This document shows positions 18,528 through 27,567 of a stretch of 64,000 bases of DNA, one piece after another. The translations under genes and the position numbers were made by a program. Every line of letters starts with the position of its first letter. Positions within the stretch are counted from its first letter, which is position 1. The stretch is taken from positions 3,648,001-3,712,000 of the forward strand of contig OY761158.1 of assembly GCA_963664405.1 (NCBI GenBank), in the 5' to 3' direction. Source of the stretch: Thermoanaerobaculia bacterium. Lineage in GTDB: Bacteria; Acidobacteriota; Thermoanaerobaculia; Multivoradales; Multivoraceae. The notes beneath the pieces were generated by a model that worked only from the letters and a program-made list of their open reading frames with translations, searched no databases and was not told the origin of the DNA.

Positions 18528-18889
18528 TGCGGAACCTACGGAAGTGATGGCTATCACTTCCTCCGGTTCTGATTACACGGCGCCGAGGACGGCGCATCCG
18601 GACTCCGGAAGTGATGGCTATCACTTCCTCCGGTTCTGATTACACGGCGCCGAGGACGGCGCATCCGGACTCCGGAAGTGATGGCTATCACTTCCTCCGG
18701 TTCTGATTACACGGCGCCGAGGACGGCGCATCCGGACTCCGGAAGTGATGGCTATCATTTCCTCCGGTTCTGATTACACGGCGCCGAGGACGGCGCATTC
18801 GGACTCCGGAAGTGATCGCTATCATTTCCTCCGCTAGGCGCGCCCCGGCTTCTGTTTGGCGCCGAGGACGGCGCGTTGCGGAACCTACG
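18528..18889. repeat. 67 bp tandem array (4 full units plus a partial) of palindromic, REP-like units
   Basis: GGAAGTGAT recurs at 18540, 18607, 18674, 18741 and 18808; bracketed by direct TGCGGAACCTACG at 18528 and 18877. Confidence 0.92.
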
Positions 18890-19054
18890 AGAGGACGGGT
18901 CTCATCTTCGGCTTGCGTCCTCTGGAGGGGACAATTAGGCTTCTGCAGGTTGGGCTGAATCCGTGGGATCGCCAAAAGCCGTAGAATTCCCGGCGGGCGC
19001 TGTTCTCTTGTTCGGTAAACAGCCGATGGCATCGCACTTGCAATCTTCTCGATC

Positions 19055-21604
19055 ATGAATCCCAATAGCTCTGCCCGGCGCCGATACCTGCAGCTGGCCT
19101 CGCCGCTCGTGCTCTCGGTCGTGCTCCTGGCCGCCAGCCCACTCACCGCCGCGGGGCCGGCTACCGCGCGCTGGCCCGAAGAGCAGAGATTCTTTTTTGA
19201 TGATGGTCCCGGATGGCTGCTGTCCGATGATCAGCGCTCAGAGCTGATCGCGATGGATGAGGCCGATCGGCTGCCGTGGATGGACCGCTTCTTGGCCCAG
19301 GATCCTGTCGCCGACACCGAAGAGAACGAGCTGGCCACGGGCATCGGTCGGCGACGTCTCTTGATCTGGCAGGAGGGGCTCGTCACTTTTCTCGACGATC
19401 GTGCCAAGGTCCTTTTTCTCCACGGCGCGCCACTCGAGCGTGAGGTGATCGCTTGCGATCAAACCTTCGTGCCACTCGAGATCTGGCGTTACGGGCCCAA
19501 AGAGACGACCCCTGCGCTGATTCTGTACGAACCTCAGCCCGACTGGCCGTATCGCCTCTGGCTGCCCATGGACTCCAAACGCGTGCTCTACGGTCATGAG
19601 ATGGAGTACTGGCTCGAGCAGGTCGCCGAGCTGATCCAGAACGGGAGAGGGCCCCGTTTCGACAAGAGACTGTGTAAGCAGACCAAGGCTGTGGATTTGG
19701 CGACCGGCATCGAGGGCCTGTTTGGCTTCCGCGACAAGCGACCGACCAATACCCAGATTCTCAGCTGGGTCGAGGCGCCGGCGAGCTTGGCGGACTGGGC
19801 TTCGGAAGCAGTCCGTACTCCGCTCCCGGAGGGCCCCGGCTCTTTGGTCGTGGCAGCCCCAGAGGTGTACTTCCCAAAGAAGGAAGGTCAGCGTATGGTC
19901 GCTCGGATCCTTCTTCGCGTACCGGAGGAATCGGGCCTCGAGGTGCACGAGGACAACGAAAAGACCGAGCTGCGAATCAAGATCGATGGCATCGTCGAGC
20001 GAGAAGGCGAGCTCTTCGAGAACTTTCACATCCGCTTCCAGGTTCCGGTCGAGGACCGGCCTAGAGAGCTCGCTCTGTTGATGGACCGGCTGCTTCGGCC
20101 CGAGGACGAGTTTCTCATCCGTCTTCGTATTCGCGACGAGATCGGCGAGGCCGAGATTCACCGGGCGGTGGGCTTTCGGGTTCCAAGTGAAGCGCAGGCG
20201 GAGGAGGATCTGCCGAGCGACGTTGTCGTCGCCCACGGAGTGGACGTGGAGCCGGAGAGAGTTCCTGGCGTCGACAGTTTGGTGATCATTCCTCCCGAGA
20301 CCGATGTCGTTCTGGGTCTGTGGAGAGTGGAGACTCTGATCTCCGGGGAGAGCATTCAGAAGGTCATCTTCCTGCTCGACGGTAAGCCCCAGATGACTCG
20401 CGGCAAGCCACCGTTTCAGGCTGAGCTACGTCTCGGCAAGTATCCGACCGAGCACGTGGTCAGAGCCGAAGGCTATGACTCCGAAGGTGGGCTTATCGCC
20501 TCCGACGAGGTCGTACTCAACCAGCAGCGGGGCCAACTAGAGGTCGAGATCCTGGAACCGCGAAAGGGCGCTGTGCTCAGCGGCACCGTGAATGCGAGAG
20601 CCTCGGTCGTAGTGCCGGAGGAGGCCAATCTGACCCGAGTCGACTTCTTGGTCAATGATGCGGTCGTCGCGACTCTCGTGAAGCCGCCTTGGCAAGTCGA
20701 GATCGAAGTTCCCGAGCTGGCTCAGCGCGCGGACATCAGTTATCTGACGGTAGCGGCCTATCTCGACGATGGCACGCGCGCCGAGGACGTACGCTTCCTC
20801 AGCGCCCCCGAGTATCTCGAGCGGGTCGAGGTTGACCTGGTAGAGCTCTACACCACCGTCGAGGGAGACCGCTCGTTGTCACTCCAGCGAGAAGCCTTCT
20901 CTATCTTCGAAGACGGCCGCCCTCAGGAGATCGCCAAATTCGAGTTGGTCGAGGACTTGCCCATCACCGTGGGCATTACTATCGATACTTCGGGCTCGAT
21001 GATCGAATCGATCTCCGAGGCCAAGACGGCGGCCGTCGACTTCCTCGAGCGCATCATCACTCCCCGAGATCAGTCCTTCGCTGTGAGCTTCGCGAATCAT
21101 CCTCAGCTGTTGATGCATCGCACCTCCGATGTCGGCGCGGTCGAGACCGCGGTGTCGAGCCTCCACGCGGTTGGCAATACAGCGCTCTACGATGCGGTGG
21201 TCACCAGCCTTTACTATTTTCGTGGGGTTCGCGGCCGACGCGCATTGGTTCTCCTCTCTGACGGAGACGACACCAATAGCAACATTCCGTTCAAGGACTC
21301 CCTCGACTACGCGCGCCGCAGCGGGGTCGCGATCTACGCCATCGGGCTCAAGATCGGTGTTACCTCGATCGGCATCCGAGGCAAACTGAATGATCTGGCC
21401 GATGAGACCGGCGGCCGTGCGTACTTCATCTCCAAGGCTTCTGAGCTTCATAGTGTCTACGGTCAGATCGAGCGAGAGCTCCGTAGTCAGTATCTTCTAG
21501 CCTACTCTTCCGACGCGCCAACCGAGGCCGAGGAGTTCCGCACCGTCGAGGTCAAGGTCAAGGGAAAGCTCAAGGCGCGGACCATCAGTGGCTATTATCC
21601 CTAG
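19055..21604 (+). CDS. Exported GWxTD-like / Ig-like / VWA domain protein
   Basis: Signal peptide, DDRAKVLFLHGAP and EIWRY (GWxTD-like), Ig-like PPF/PPW repeats, MIDAS DTSGS, TALYDA, LSDGDD, ELRSQYLLAY. Confidence 0.85.
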   Translation: MNPNSSARRRYLQLASPLVLSVVLLAASPLTAAGPATARWPEEQRFFFDDGPGWLLSDDQRSELIAMDEADRLPWMDRFLAQDPVADTEENELATGIGRRRLLIWQEGLVTFLDDRAKVLFLHGAPLEREVIACDQTFVPLEIWRYGPKETTPALILYEPQPDWPYRLWLPMDSKRVLYGHEMEYWLEQVAELIQNGRGPRFDKRLCKQTKAVDLATGIEGLFGFRDKRPTNTQILSWVEAPASLADWASEAVRTPLPEGPGSLVVAAPEVYFPKKEGQRMVARILLRVPEESGLEVHEDNEKTELRIKIDGIVEREGELFENFHIRFQVPVEDRPRELALLMDRLLRPEDEFLIRLRIRDEIGEAEIHRAVGFRVPSEAQAEEDLPSDVVVAHGVDVEPERVPGVDSLVIIPPETDVVLGLWRVETLISGESIQKVIFLLDGKPQMTRGKPPFQAELRLGKYPTEHVVRAEGYDSEGGLIASDEVVLNQQRGQLEVEILEPRKGAVLSGTVNARASVVVPEEANLTRVDFLVNDAVVATLVKPPWQVEIEVPELAQRADISYLTVAAYLDDGTRAEDVRFLSAPEYLERVEVDLVELYTTVEGDRSLSLQREAFSIFEDGRPQEIAKFELVEDLPITVGITIDTSGSMIESISEAKTAAVDFLERIITPRDQSFAVSFANHPQLLMHRTSDVGAVETAVSSLHAVGNTALYDAVVTSLYYFRGVRGRRALVLLSDGDDTNSNIPFKDSLDYARRSGVAIYAIGLKIGVTSIGIRGKLNDLADETGGRAYFISKASELHSVYGQIERELRSQYLLAYSSDAPTEAEEFRTVEVKVKGKLKARTISGYYP

Positions 21605-22361
21605 CCTCAGAAAACGCGCCTTCGGCCCGTTTTCCGGCCCATCCCCGCCTGAGAACTACTCGCCTGTCCGAATTCTCGGACACGCTCCTAGCCCAAGACT
21701 CCGGCTGATTGGCCCGTTCTGCGGTCCATCTGCTCTGCTTTCGGTCTTGCTCCTACTGAGTGGGCCGTGGGCAAGTGGCGAGGAGTTCCACTTCCGGGGA
21801 CTGGACCGGACCTACAGCCAGTTCGCCGACGAGCTGGCCCCGATCGAGCTGGGAGTGGTCAAAGTGCTTCTGAAGTCTCCGGAGCACTCGATGACCCTCG
21901 AACGCCATCTTGTTCGCCTGGTGCCTGCCGAAGGCGACTCTCATAGGGTGAGCTTGGAGCTCGATCTGCACGGCAGCGGTACCCTCGACGCCCATCTCCA
22001 GGTCGGATCTCTAGCCGGTGATCTCGAGGATGAGCTGGTAGTGCCACCACAGAGCCTCCTGATCGGGGCGAGAGTCGAGATCCATCGCGTGCCCGAGGGG
22101 TTCAGGGTCACTCTCTTGGAAGGCCCCAAAGAGATAGAAGTGCGTATCGAGAGCCGGCTGGCGTCGCGCATCGTTCCTCTTTGCAGGCAGATGGCGCTGG
22201 TCCTCGTCCGCTTCGACTGTGGTGCCCTGGACGAGGCTCTGTCTCGGGTCCTAGTGCCGGTACCTCCGCCGGGGGAGCAGTTTCTGATCCCCCTCGAGGA
22301 GCTCACGGCCGCCGAGGTCTCGCAATTCGAGCACTATCTGCGTCGAGCGGCAGGACTCTAG
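21588..22361 (+). CDS. Hypothetical exported protein carrying an in-frame repeat-B insertion near its N-terminus
   Basis: ORF stays open through repeat B; signal-like SALLSVLLLLSGPWASG; ends at the CTAG of repeat A copy 2. Confidence 0.65.
   Translation: MAIIPSLRKRAFGPFSGPSPPENYSPVRILGHAPSPRLRLIGPFCGPSALLSVLLLLSGPWASGEEFHFRGLDRTYSQFADELAPIELGVVKVLLKSPEHSMTLERHLVRLVPAEGDSHRVSLELDLHGSGTLDAHLQVGSLAGDLEDELVVPPQSLLIGARVEIHRVPEGFRVTLLEGPKEIEVRIESRLASRIVPLCRQMALVLVRFDCGALDEALSRVLVPVPPPGEQFLIPLEELTAAEVSQFEHYLRRAAGL
21601..21691 (+). repeat. Repeat family B, intact copy (91 bp, CTAG...CTAG)
   Basis: Near-identical to 59392-59482 and to the reverse complement of 49421-49499 joined to 47932-47943. Confidence 0.92.
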
Positions 22362-22522
22362 ACCAGCGTTTCCAAAGTTCGCGCACATATCTCGGCCCCT
22401 TCTGCCCGCTGGCGGCGTTGCGCCTCCTCGACATATTGCCCAATATGCCTGCGTCTCCGCGCCTGGCCAACGAACAGAATGACCTCGAGCTATGTGCACG
22501 AACTTTGGAAACGCTGGTCTAG
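22358..22522 (+). repeat. Repeat family A copy 2
   Basis: CTAGACCAGCGTTTCCAAAGTTCG ... CGAACTTTGGAAACGCTGGTCTAG arms; core CCTCGACATATTGCCCAATATGCCTGCGTC. Confidence 0.88.
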
Positions 22523-22593
22523 AACTAACCAAAACATAGCGTCACACGGGTCGTTCTCACCGGTGGTATGCTGCCTGCAGGGAGGGTTTTGCC

Positions 22594-23142
22594 TTGAATG
22601 CACGTCAAATGATGCGCCGCCTCTACTACTTCACCATCGAGGATGAAGGCATGCTAGCCGAGGCCTTTTCGAAGCTCGATGAGAATACTTTCGCCATCAC
22701 CTACAAGGTGCGCGGCACTGAACATGTCTTCGTCACCACCAGCGAGACCAAGGAGGCGATGGATCTTCACGACGTCCCCTACAACCTGCTGGGGGAGGAA
22801 GAAGCTGCTCGTATCGGCATCTACCACACCGGTCAGTCTCGGGAAGAGCTCACTGACTACGAGGACGCGATCAAGGCCCTGACCACGGCCAGTCGAGCCG
22901 TAGCCGTAGCCTGCGTCGGCGTCAACGGGGAGGTCGATATCGGCTTGGACCTGAGCACCGGCCCCGAGCTCTACACCTACTTCGCCGCGCCGGCCGGGCA
23001 CACTTTCTTGTTTCGGATCTTCGATTCGAAGGATGAGGCTCGAGACTTTCTCGACCGTTTCACCGCTGGAGATAAGGAAGCTCTGGAATGGGCCGACTCG
23101 CTGGTCTTGGAGTCTGCGGAGGAGCTTCAGAGCTTTCACTGA
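22594..23142 (+). CDS. Hypothetical acidic cytoplasmic protein
   Basis: 182 aa ORF with host-like codon usage and GGGAGG upstream; no motif recognised. Confidence 0.7.
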   Translation: MNARQMMRRLYYFTIEDEGMLAEAFSKLDENTFAITYKVRGTEHVFVTTSETKEAMDLHDVPYNLLGEEEAARIGIYHTGQSREELTDYEDAIKALTTASRAVAVACVGVNGEVDIGLDLSTGPELYTYFAAPAGHTFLFRIFDSKDEARDFLDRFTAGDKEALEWADSLVLESAEELQSFH

Positions 23143-23168
23143 GTGTTGCGAGGCGGCTCGGAGCCGCA

Positions 23169-24578
23169 TTGACTCTGGACAGAACCCCCTCCTTCCCCCC
23201 CGGCACCTATCGGGTCTCAGAGCTCGCCAACGAGCTCAAGGTCTTCCTGAACGAGGTCTACCCGGCGGTCTGGGTAGTCGGGGAGATTCACCGCATGCGG
23301 ACCAGCGCCGCCGGTCATCTCTACTTCGAGCTGGTGGAAAAGGGTCATCGGGACAACATCATCGGCCGCTTGGACTGCGCTCTCTTTCGCGGCGACCTGG
23401 TTCGCGTTCGCGCCGCACTTCGCCGCAGCGGTCAAGAGCTCCAGGAGGGGCGCGAGGTGCGCTGCCGAGGCGGCATCGATCTCTTTCCTCCCAGCGGTCG
23501 GCTCCAGCTCATCGTTCGCGAGGTCGACGCCGTCTTCTCGCTGGGCCTCTTGGCGCAGCGTCGCAAGCAGATCGTTGAGCGACTCCGGGCATCGGGGCTC
23601 TACGAAGCCAACGGGAATTTGGCAATACCGGATCTACCCCTCCGTGTGGGCCTCGTGACCTCGGGGGGCAGTGCCGCTCACCATGATTTCGTTACCTCGC
23701 TCGAGGCGAGTGGGTTCGGTTTCAAGCTGTCCTTTGCGCACGCGTCGGTGCAGGGGCAGCAAGCCTCGGGCGACGTTGTGCGAGCCCTGCAAGAGCTCGG
23801 CGAGAGACCTCTAGACTGCATCGCCCTGGTTCGAGGCGGTGGTGCGCGCTCCGACCTCGCCGCCTTCGATCATCCCACCGTGGCGGAGGCCATCGCGCGA
23901 TCCCGGGTACCGGTGCTGACGGGTCTCGGCCATGAGACCGACCGGTCGATCGCCGACGAGGTCGCTCACTCGGCCTTCAAGACCCCGACCATGGTTGGCG
24001 AGTTTCTGGTGGCCCGCATGGGAGTCGCGGAAGCCCGGTTGATAGAAGTGCACCGGGGCCTCCTCCACGGAGCGCGGCTTCCGCTACAGCGCGCGGCCCA
24101 CCGACTCGCCTTGGTCGAGGCCAGAGTGCCTCACGCCCGGAATCGGATCGCCTCAGCTGGCTCCCTGGTTGCCGACATCCGGGCGCGGACATCGCGGGCG
24201 GCCTCGATGCAGCTGCGCGACGCGGGCCGACGCGTGAGTGAGCTCTCGTCGAGCCTCGCTGTGGCCGCTCCCTTGCGGGTTCGTGCTGCTCGCCCCCGAG
24301 CCGAAGCGCTGGTTCGTCGCGTTAGCGAGCTGAGCCGAGCGAGGCTGCGCCTGGAGCGAACGAGAGTCGAGACTCTCGATCGATTGGCGTCGGAATTGGC
24401 GCCGCAGAAGACGCTCGATCGTGGTTTCTCCATCACCCGCAGAGAGGACGGAGGGCTCGTTCGCGATGTGAGCGATGTGGATGTTGGCGAGCGATTGACG
24501 ACGCTGCTGGCTAGTGGCGGCATTCACAGTGAAGTGATCGGCGAGGCCGATCCGAGCCGGCCGGGAGGGAAGTCATGA
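23169..24578 (+). CDS. xseA: Exodeoxyribonuclease VII large subunit
   Basis: VWVVGEI, GHLYFEL, RVGLVTS.GSAA..DF, RGGG, GLGHETD, TPT, LDRGFS; start placed at TTG 23169. Confidence 0.93.
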   Translation: MTLDRTPSFPPGTYRVSELANELKVFLNEVYPAVWVVGEIHRMRTSAAGHLYFELVEKGHRDNIIGRLDCALFRGDLVRVRAALRRSGQELQEGREVRCRGGIDLFPPSGRLQLIVREVDAVFSLGLLAQRRKQIVERLRASGLYEANGNLAIPDLPLRVGLVTSGGSAAHHDFVTSLEASGFGFKLSFAHASVQGQQASGDVVRALQELGERPLDCIALVRGGGARSDLAAFDHPTVAEAIARSRVPVLTGLGHETDRSIADEVAHSAFKTPTMVGEFLVARMGVAEARLIEVHRGLLHGARLPLQRAAHRLALVEARVPHARNRIASAGSLVADIRARTSRAASMQLRDAGRRVSELSSSLAVAAPLRVRAARPRAEALVRRVSELSRARLRLERTRVETLDRLASELAPQKTLDRGFSITRREDGGLVRDVSDVDVGERLTTLLASGGIHSEVIGEADPSRPGGKS

Positions 24579-24829
24579 GTAACGAAGAAGACGATGCAGG
24601 GCATGAGGATGCTTCCTCGGGTGCTGAGGATCTTCCTTTCAGCGCGGCCTTGGCCGAGCTCGAAGCGATCCTCGGTCGGATCGAGGCGGAGGAGGTGGAC
24701 CTCGACCAACTGGCGACCGAGCTTGCCAGAGCCGCGGAGCTCCTCGCAGTCTGCCGCGCAAAGATCCACCGCGCCGAAATGGAAGTCACCCACATCGTCG
24801 ACAAACTCGACGACTCCGGCGCCGACTGA
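24575..24829 (+). CDS. xseB: Exodeoxyribonuclease VII small subunit
   Basis: FSAALAELEAIL..IE..EVDLD..C..KI..AE; follows xseA. Confidence 0.9.
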   Translation: MSNEEDDAGHEDASSGAEDLPFSAALAELEAILGRIEAEEVDLDQLATELARAAELLAVCRAKIHRAEMEVTHIVDKLDDSGAD

Positions 24830-25015
24830 GGGGTCTTCCGGCGGTCGTTGTCGCCGGGGCCGGCCGCGGGGGGGTCTTGGGGGTCGGGTTGCTTCGCGCG
24901 CTGGATAGAGGGTCTTGGTGAAGCCGCCCTGTGCTAGGAAGATTATGCTGCGCAACCCGACCCCCAAGACCCCTTTTGCGGCCTCCGGCTCTGCCACAAC
25001 GAGCGCCGGAGGCCC
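24830..25015. repeat. Long intergenic inverted repeat
   Basis: Perfect 22 bp IR at 24871-24892 / 24952-24973, extended by imperfect outer pairing. Confidence 0.75.
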
Positions 25016-25043
25016 ATCGTCGGGGCTGATCTGTCCGAGGGCC

Positions 25044-26594
25044 GTGGCTCGCAAGAAGTTTTCCCGGCGCAGGCTTCCAGCCGGTGTGGTTTTCGAAGGC
25101 TTGGGCCACCCGCTCGGGTTGACTGCGGGCTTCGTCTTCACACTAGCCATGCTGCTAGGGGCTCCGCGGATCTCGGCGTATTCCGGCTCTGAAGAACCTT
25201 TCGTTGGGAGACTCGAAGAGGAAGTCATGAGCGCGCTGACGAGATATCGAGTGCCGGGGGTGGCAGTGGCGCTGTTACAGGAAGGCCGAGTCGCTTGGGA
25301 GCGGGGGTTCGGCGTTGCTGATCGGGGCTCCGGGGAGCTCATCGATGTGGACTCGGTGTTCCAGGTCGCTTCTCTTTCCAAGCCGGTGACGGCTCTCGGG
25401 GTGCTCCTTCTGGTCGAAGATGGGAAGCTCGATCTCGATAGGCCCGTGGGCGACTATTTGCGGCGCTGGAAGGTGCTTTCCTCCGACTTCGACGTCGATG
25501 GAGTCACCGCCCGTCGGCTGCTCAGCCATCGCGGCGGTACCAACCTGCACGGCTATCCCGGCTTCGAGCCGGACTCGCCATTGCCGGATCTCGAAGCTTC
25601 TCTCGCCGGTGCCACCGGGGGTGCAGGGAGAGTCGTGCTTGATTTCGAGCCGGGGTCACGGGTCAGCTACTCGAGCGGCGGCTACACCGTCCTTCAGCTT
25701 CTGATCGAAGAGATCAGTGGGGAGGATTTCGCGGTCTTCATGCGACGGAGGGTTCTGGAGCCACTCGGTATGCGGAGGAGTAGCTTCGACGGCGACCCCC
25801 AGTCACAGACGGCATCAGGCCATGGTTGGTGGGGGAACACACTTCCCGCCTATCGCTTTAGCGCCCGGGCGGCGAGCGGCCTGCACAGCACCGCCGGTGA
25901 TCTGGCCCGCTTTCTCGGAGTGCTCAGTGATCCCGTCGCGCAGGCGAAGGTCGGCATCTCGCCGGATCTGGTGGAGCTGATGCTCTCGCCCTCTGCAGAA
26001 GGGCGCGGGGGCTATAGCCTTGGCTTTGCCCTCGAAGCCGTGCCCGGCACCCGGATCGTCTCCCATGCCGGGGCCAATCGGGGTTGGAGGTCGGTCCTCG
26101 GCGCCGCCGCGGAGAGAGGGGACGCTATCGTCGTCCTCACCAATAGTGATCGGGGACTCCCTCTGACGATCGACGCTCTCTGCTCCTGGGGTCGCAACTC
26201 GACCGGACTGGAGCTCGCGAGCTGTTGGGCGGAGCGCAAGAGCCGCGGCACGTTGCTCGCGGTGGCTGCTCTCCTGTGTTTTGGGCTGGTGATGGATAGC
26301 TGGTCTCTTGCGCGCTATCGCTTCGGTGGAAGGTCGAGAGTCGACCCCGATCGATATCGATGGGTGACCCGAATCCGGCTGGCGCTCTCGCTGCTCGTTC
26401 TGGTTCTGTGGTGGTTGTTCTGGTACACCGACGAGATTGTCGTCCGTCGTGAAGGAGTAGAGAACTTCCTGCCGGTCTCCTCCGTCCCTCCGACTTTTTT
26501 CTGGCTTACCCTGGTCCTCAGTGTATGGTGTCTCCTCGGAGTGGTGAGGTGGCTTGCGGGCCTACGAGATGAGCGCGCTCCGGCGGTTGGGTAA
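25044..26594 (+). CDS. Serine hydrolase (beta-lactamase/AmpC family) with C-terminal TM domain
   Basis: FQVASLSK (SxxK), LLSHRGG, YSSGGY, HAG; three C-terminal hydrophobic helices; start uncertain. Confidence 0.85.
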   Translation: MARKKFSRRRLPAGVVFEGLGHPLGLTAGFVFTLAMLLGAPRISAYSGSEEPFVGRLEEEVMSALTRYRVPGVAVALLQEGRVAWERGFGVADRGSGELIDVDSVFQVASLSKPVTALGVLLLVEDGKLDLDRPVGDYLRRWKVLSSDFDVDGVTARRLLSHRGGTNLHGYPGFEPDSPLPDLEASLAGATGGAGRVVLDFEPGSRVSYSSGGYTVLQLLIEEISGEDFAVFMRRRVLEPLGMRRSSFDGDPQSQTASGHGWWGNTLPAYRFSARAASGLHSTAGDLARFLGVLSDPVAQAKVGISPDLVELMLSPSAEGRGGYSLGFALEAVPGTRIVSHAGANRGWRSVLGAAAERGDAIVVLTNSDRGLPLTIDALCSWGRNSTGLELASCWAERKSRGTLLAVAALLCFGLVMDSWSLARYRFGGRSRVDPDRYRWVTRIRLALSLLVLVLWWLFWYTDEIVVRREGVENFLPVSSVPPTFFWLTLVLSVWCLLGVVRWLAGLRDERAPAVG

Positions 26595-27466
26595 TGGCGA
26601 TTTTCAAACGGCAAACCTCGGGCTCGGTCGTCTGCTCAGCATGCGGCAGGCTGGTCGGAGTCAACGACGAGAGCTGCTACAACTGCGGCCGCCGCAACCC
26701 CGGGATGTGGGGCTTCGCTCAGGCGCTGCGCGGCTTCGGCCAAGACCTTGGCTTTACCAAGCTCGTTGTCGGCGCCTGCGGGCTCCTGTATGCGCTGATG
26801 TTGGTTACTGATCTCGAAGGAATCGGCAACGCAGGCATGTTCGGGATGCTCTCACCCAGCCACCGAAGCGCAATGCTGTTTGGTGCTTCAGGATTCGTTC
26901 CGGTATTGCGGCTGGACCGTTGGTGGACCGTGCTCAGTGCCGGTTGGCTTCACGGTGGGCTGTTGCACATCGGCTTCAACATGATGTGGGCCTATCAGCT
27001 TGTGCCTGCAGTCGCGCGTCTCTATGGACCCGGACGCGTGGTGATCATCTACCTCCTCTCTTCAGTCGTCGGCTTTGCCGCTTCCAGCCTTGCTGTCTTC
27101 TTACCTCTTCGCATCTTCTTTCTGCGCCCGGCGCCCCTCACGCTCGGTGCCTCCGCAGCGATCCTGGGTCTTCTGGGTGCCCTGGTCTACTACGGCAAGC
27201 GCAGCGGAAGCTCGATGGTCGGAAGGCAGGCCTTGGTCTATGCTGTGGCGCTGATCATCTTTGGTTTTGTGATGTCGGGCGTCGACAACTGGGCCCATAT
27301 CGGCGGCTTTAGCAGCGGCTACCTGGTCGCGAAGTGGCTCGATCCGTTAAAGCCCGAGCGTGCAGACCACGCGATCATTGCAATCGCTTTACTGGTTCTT
27401 AGCCTGCTTTCGGTGATCGTTTCTGTTCTCCACGGTCTCGCTCTCGTTCGCGCTGGACTTTTCTAG
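26594..27466 (+). CDS. Rhomboid intramembrane serine protease with N-terminal zinc ribbon
   Basis: CSAC..CYNC, WLHGGLLHIGFNM, GASAA, AHIGG. Confidence 0.9.
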   Translation: MAIFKRQTSGSVVCSACGRLVGVNDESCYNCGRRNPGMWGFAQALRGFGQDLGFTKLVVGACGLLYALMLVTDLEGIGNAGMFGMLSPSHRSAMLFGASGFVPVLRLDRWWTVLSAGWLHGGLLHIGFNMMWAYQLVPAVARLYGPGRVVIIYLLSSVVGFAASSLAVFLPLRIFFLRPAPLTLGASAAILGLLGALVYYGKRSGSSMVGRQALVYAVALIIFGFVMSGVDNWAHIGGFSSGYLVAKWLDPLKPERADHAIIAIALLVLSLLSVIVSVLHGLALVRAGLF

Positions 27467-27529
27467 CGAAGCGCGCCCTCGTGCTGGAGGCGGCGCTGAT
27501 TGCGCGCGAACTACAGAGGTGAAAGTGGT

Positions 27530-27567
27530 CTTGCATAAATTCTCATGTCGGTGCATAATAATTCGAT
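27530..27567 (+). promoter_or_regulatory. Tandem ARG boxes overlapping a sigma70-like promoter of the arg operon
   Basis: CTTGCATAAATTCTCATG and GGTGCATAATAATTCGAT separated by 2 bp; TTGCAT-N17-CATAAT; argR is in the operon. Confidence 0.75.

Noticed and set aside
18540-18833. CRISPR array (67 bp period, palindromic repeat)
   Set aside because: The would-be spacers are identical between units and no cas genes are present; it is a plain tandem repeat.
18082-19146. Minus-strand ORFs of 180 and 152 aa with repeated peptide
   Set aside because: They are translations of the 67 bp array and the antisense of real genes.
24830-25015. 6S RNA or SRP RNA
   Set aside because: The length fits, but I could not identify the central bubble or conserved motifs; kept only as an unexplained hairpin.
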